Of a DNA stretch of 64,000 bases, positions 57,633 to 64,000 are shown piece after piece. The notes under the pieces are model-generated. The model saw nothing but the letters and a program-made list of their open reading frames with translations. It was not told the origin of the DNA and ran no database searches. Source of the DNA: the human T2T-CHM13v2.0 reference genome, Homo sapiens. The stretch's first letter is position 1. Each line of letters opens with the position of its first letter. The position numbers and the translations under genes are program-made. The stretch is taken from assembly GCF_009914755.1 (NCBI RefSeq), contig NC_060925.1, one strand, 5' to 3'.

Positions 57633-57990
57633 CAGATGCTCTTTGACTTGTGATGGGGTTACATCCTGGTTAAACCCATTGTAAGTTGAAAATATGGTAA
57701 GCTGAAAATGCATTTAATACACTGAACCTAACAAACATCATAAGCTTAGCATACCCTATCTTAAACATGCTCAGAACAGTTATATTAGCCCACAGTTGGG
57801 CAAAATCATCTTACACAGAGCCTATTTTACAATAAAGCATTGAATATTTCATGTAATTTATTGAATACTGTACTGAAAGTGAAAAATATAATGGTTGGAT
57901 GGTACTTGAATTATGGTTTCTACTGAATGCATAGTCCTTTTGCATCACTGTAAAGTTGAAAAATCATACGTGGAACCATTGTTAAGTCAG
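57633..57990. mobile_element. MER47A-like Tigger MITE
   Basis: TA|cagatgctctttgacttgtgatggggttacatcc...aaatgcatttaatacac. Confidence 0.7.
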
Positions 57991-59296
57991 TAGTTGTTAG
58001 TGTAAGAAAGACCACAGTATCCTGTCTTTGAATGGCGTGTGTTTACTTTAAGCTCATGTGGTGTTTTTCCAATCATATTTACTGTGAAATTTTGGGAGTT
58101 TGTGTTTGGAAGCACTACACCTAAGTTTAGCCAAGTAAATGAGAATTTTCCTTCTGTTGAAGTAAAGGAGCCTCAGTTTGTGCTTTCTATTGGAATCTGC
58201 CACAGGCACTATTGGCTTCCAGTCTGCAATGGGAAAATAAGACTCAAAAATTTGAAGTTTTCTAACTAGTCAAATAACCTAAATGATTTTATATGGTGTC
58301 AGAGCTGTTTTAAAAAACTAGGCTTGCGAGTTAGTTTATAATTTAAGAAACAAATTCTACTTCATATAACACATTCTATAGAATAAATGTTGTTTCAAAA
58401 ACTTTAAGTCATCCATGTGCTTTGACTGGATGTTACTTTCTTAAGAGATTAAACAAAAACCTTGAAATTAACATTACATCTCTCTGGAAGCTCTTCTGAA
58501 TAAACATAATAAAACAAAGAACCTGTATAAATTTAAACTTAATTAAGAACTTTCCCTAACTTTTTACTTTCTATTGTCCTCCTCGTTATCTCACTGGGAC
58601 AGGACATTTCAACAAAACAATTACACTCCACAAAATTCCTTATTAAGTACAATTGTAATGTATGTTTCTTTAGCTATGATCAGTCTAGAAAATTAAAGCT
58701 ATAATTTCTGGTTACCACAGTGCCTTCAACAAATTTTCATCTGCATTATTTCTACCCTGGTCCAAGCTACTGTCATCTCTCATTGGGTTCTCATTCTGGG
58801 TTTCTATCTGCCTTCTCTGTTTCCACTGTCACCCCCACCCATCCTTTTCAACATAGCAATCAGAATCATAGCAATCAGACCTAAAATGTAAACCAGATTA
58901 TGTCATTCCTCTCTTTAAAACTTCTGTGCTCAGAATAAGTTCCAAATTCCTTACTTTGACCTAAAAGCTTTATGTATCTGGCCTACCTCTCTGATTTCAT
59001 TTCCTACCTTCTCTCCTCCATAACCCCACTCCAGCACTCTTTCTGTTCCTTACATTCACTCAGACAAAGGCCTACCTAAGTTCTTCGTGTAGGTCTGGAA
59101 CGTGCTGGACTTGTATCTTCATATGGCTCACTTTTCCTTGTCATTCAGGTCTCATCACAACTGTTACTTTCCCTGAAGCCCTCTCTCTAAGTCCTCCATC
59201 TAATGAAGCCTGTGTCTACTTTTAACCACCCAATCACTTACACTTATTCTGTTTCATATTCTATTTTATTTATATTTATTACTACCAGAAATTATC

Positions 59297-59900
<604 letters not shown>

Positions 59901-60278
59901 TATCCTGATAATTTACTCGTTTCAGGTTTACTGTCTTCTTCCCTATGAAAGGAAGGACCTTGTAAATCTGTTCATTGCTGTAAATGAATGTGTGCTAACT
60001 ATACCAAAGACAAAGCACCCAGCTCAATGAGAGATACATAAATGAACCAAAAAGAGATCTTGCCCTCAGGGATCTTGAGGTCTACTGGAAAAGATAAAAC
60101 ACATAGATAGAAATAACACTGGAGAAGGAAGAGATGACATCCACCTATAGGAAATCCAGGCCAGCCTTGGGGAAAAGGTGGCCTTTAGAAAGATGGGCAT
60201 TTTGGCATTTTCCATTTCTTTCAATGTTCTCTTTGTCCTGTTTTGTTAGACGAACTTGACACCTAACTGCTTAACTAA

Positions 60279-60610
<332 letters not shown>

Positions 60611-61395
60611 AAAACTGATTTTTAATGTTCCTGTTGTTCTCTGAATTTGGGCTGGATTCATTTGGTCATTTGTAGGTAAGTGCACCTATGGGTAAAAATG
60701 CATGTTTATGTGTGAAACACAGTAATACTGATTTTAAACAATGAATTAGTTTATTTAACTGAAATAAAAATTTCCATGTTATTGCTTTTGTAATTGAGCA
60801 TACTTTAGCATTGGCATACAAATTGGCCCATAACCTAGGCAAATAAAAACACTAACAAAATATAAAGTACAGTAGAACATTAATACTGAATTTGGCTAAG
60901 CTCTTAATATTGGACTACATTACATATATTATTTCCATTATATGTGTAAATATAAATATTTTCTAACCCAGTGAAAGATTTTGTGAATCAGAATTTTAAC
61001 AACTTAAGATGATTTTATTATAATTATCTGCGGGAAAAAAACAGGACACATTTTCTTATATTCTGTATAAAAGGCGCATATTTGTTCCATCTGTCCACTC
61101 CACCTCTTCTCCACCCTCTGCCACCTCAATAGTTGAGAATGACTTCATCTACATAATGATGGTTTGATTTATTCTTACTAGAAATTCAGGTTTCCATGAA
61201 ACTAGTGAGAATATAAATATAAACGAAATCTAACATTTGCCCCTCCATTGCTTTGGCACAGAGCCATGAACAACTCCAGGGCACTACTCACATAGACTCT
61301 GAATTGCACCACCATATGAGGCATCCCTGATTGTACAAAGAAGTAACTAAGTATGGGTCACTTCCAAAAATGGGAAATTTATACTTCCACTCTGA

Positions 61396-61706
<311 letters not shown>

Positions 61707-61821
61707 AGGAGTGGGTTTACTTAACTGTCATTAGAAACATTAGGCACAATATTATGAAACAAAACAAACTTTCCACCTTGCTTAAAAAAAAATTATTAGA
61801 AGCAAATCAATGCAGTGTACA

Positions 61822-62210
61822 CGTGGCAGACACTGTGAGTTGCTTACCCAAAAGCTAATCTCCCCTCCCTGTATTTACTAAGAGACCCCTCCCCGCCAAG
61901 TTTTGTCCCTATGTTGTGCAGCCAAGAGGCAGGGCCCCCTTCAGAGTACCAGAGGTGATACTGGATAAGTAATAAGATATTTCATTACCCTTGGCAAAGA
62001 TTCATTTAGTAAAGGAAATTTGGGAAACTGTGGCCAAGAAGCTAGAGGAGAAGTCTTGCTGGAGGCCTTTCGGGGAAAGGCTTCCTTGATCTACAAAAAG
62101 GAAATGAGGAAAGGAAATATCCTTTTCCCTCCTTTCAGTCTTTAGCCATTATTGTGTGTGGATGTGATACTTGGAGCCTCTGCAGCCATCTTGGGACTGA
62201 ACTTGTAAAG
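61822..62210. mobile_element. Old MaLR/ERVL LTR (MLT1/LTR33-like)
   Basis: gtggcagacactgtgagttgcttaccca...ggatgtgatacttggagcctctgcagccatcttg. Confidence 0.5.
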
Positions 62211-62229
62211 TTTCCATAGTGAAACATAT

Positions 62230-62639
62230 TGATATGTTTTGGATATTTGTCCCCTCCAAATCTCATGTTGAAATGTGATCCCCAGTGTCAGAGGTGGGGC
62301 CTGGTGGGAGGTGTTTTGATCATGGGGACAGGACGGATCTCTCATGAATGGCTTAGTGCCGTCTTCTTGGCGATGAGTGAGTTCACACCTGACCTGGTTG
62401 TTTAAAAGTGTGTGGCACCTCCACCCTCTCTTGTTCCCACTTTCACCATGTGATGTGCCTGCCACTGCTGCACCTTTCACCATGACTGAATCCTACCTGA
62501 GGCCTCACCAGGAAGCCAAGCAGATACCAGCGCCATGCTTGTACAGCCTGCAGAACTGTGAGTCAACTAAACCTCTTTTCTTTATAAATTACCCAGCCTC
62601 AGGTATTTCTTTATAATGACACAAAAATGGCCTAACACA
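62230..62639 (+). mobile_element. MSTB/MSTA MaLR solo LTR
   Basis: TGATATG..tggatatttgtcccctccaaatctcatgttgaaatgtgatcccc...aattacccagcctcaggtatttc...aaCA; TSD catat/catag. Confidence 0.85.
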
Positions 62640-63139
62640 CATAGCTATCTCTAGCTCTATAGATTAGATAGATTAGATAGGGATAGCCCAAAGAAACCTT
62701 GGAGATCACCAAATTCAATTGCCTCATTTATTTTTATTATTTTTGTTCCATGTTGTTTGGTTTATTAATATTCCCCAATGGAAATCACAACTATTAAACC
62801 AACCATTATTTTTGGAAAGTCGTGATAAACATGAATACAATACGATTATTTAATTAGGTGTCATTTTAGAGATAGAAGCTTAAAATATGACCCCTTTATG
62901 TAATAATTGCCAAAATAATATCCTACCAGAATTAATTCAATAGCATGGGTAGCTTATTTCTAGAATATTTTAAAAACTGAACCAAAGCTTACTAAGATGG
63001 GTGAATTTAATACAATGTTTTTAGCTTTGTCAAAGATAGTACAATTTAGCACAAACTAAAATAAAAATTTACTGTTTGCTCTATGCTGCATCCTATGTTA
63101 TCAAATAGCTTGACTCAAATTACTTGACTCAAATAGCTT

Positions 63140-63330
63140 CATACAGTTCTCACAACAACTCAGGTAAACACTGTCATCAAACCCATTTTGTGGATGAGGA
63201 AATTGAGGATAGGCAAGGTTAAATAGCTTGCTCAAGATCACAGAGCTAGCAGTAGAAAAGCTGGGATTTGCAGTAAGTAGAAAAGCTGGGATTTGCAGTC
63301 TGATTTGCTCAAGCTCTGAACCACTGCAGT
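63140..63330 (-). mobile_element. MIR with a 25-bp tandem duplication
   Basis: cccattttgtggatgaggaaattgagg...ttgctcaagatcacagagctag. Confidence 0.7.
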
Positions 63331-63372
63331 TTTCTGCCCAAGAATGAATACAACTTATTCATGGTTGAGGCA

Positions 63373-63904
63373 TGTGGCAAACACTGTTGGATGCCTACTT
63401 AGCAACTATTTCCCCTTTTCTGCTCTCAGTCAGAACACTCATTTTGTTTAGGGGTGACTTGTGATCAATTTAATGAACTGTGGCCAATCCTATCTCTTTT
63501 TGCCAGTGACTGGTCTGATGTGGCATATGACCATTTTCTGGACAATAAGGAAGATTCTAAAGTCTGGGAAATATTTTTCTCCTTCATAAAAATGGGGGAC
63601 AGCACTTCCTTTTCTTCCGTTCCTGCTCTGTGCAGTGACCTCTGTGGATGTGATGTCTGGAGCTATGGCAGCCACATTGCAATTAAGAGGTGACAAACCT
63701 GGAGACAAAAGCTCACATGCATGTGATGGCAGAGAGCAAACACAAAAAAGAGCTTGGGTCCTTGATGACATGATTGTACTGCTCAACTAACCCTGAAACT
63801 ATCTGCACTTGAAATTTATATTGAAGATATAGTAAATGACCTCATGCTTTAAGCTACTGCCAAATATTCTGTTCCTTGAGGCCAAAGGCATTCTAACAGA
63901 TGCA
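63373..63904. mobile_element. Old MaLR/ERVL LTR (MLT1/LTR33-like)
   Basis: tgtggcaaacactg...ggatgtgatgtctggagctatggcagccac...ggcattctaacagatgca. Confidence 0.55.
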
Positions 63905-64000
63905 ATCTAGACACAGAAAGATGTTTTCCCAGAGTTCCTGCAAAAACAGATGATGTGTAGGTTATGGAGATTTTATCCAGGAATCCATTAGTATAGGTAG

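Overview
Human genomic DNA, judged from L1HS-Ta diagnostic bases and a near-consensus AluY. It is AT-rich, intergenic or deep-intronic, and dominated by transposable-element remnants. I cannot support any host protein-coding exon, tRNA, rRNA or CRISPR array. All long ORFs are LINE-1 ORF2 or Tigger1 transposase fragments. The short ORFs are Alu antisense or chance frames. Content: about 20 Alus (J, S, Y), two near full-length Tigger1, MER2/MER44/MER45/MER47/MER5 MITEs, MER9/MST/MLT1 LTRs, old L1M/L2/MIR fragments and two large primate L1 loci. The most unusual structure is a pair of L1 loci that appear to have exchanged sequence. (i) An L1PA5-like host (17068-22282, intact 14-bp TSD) has a central ~1 kb that looks converted to the sequence of a neighbouring young L1 17 kb away. 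It also carries an L1HS-Ta 3' end fused with no visible 5' junction. (ii) A twin-primed L1PA2-like element (34922-38445) sits in a MER9 solo LTR, which sits in a MER5. Other repair or insertion scars are an 80-bp locally templated insertion inside an Alu and a tail-less Alu fragment flanked by a 16-bp duplication. I do not see a new gene-based system. Subfamily calls are by eye from remembered consensus sequences and need RepeatMasker/Dfam confirmation. Boundaries of old repeats are approximate.
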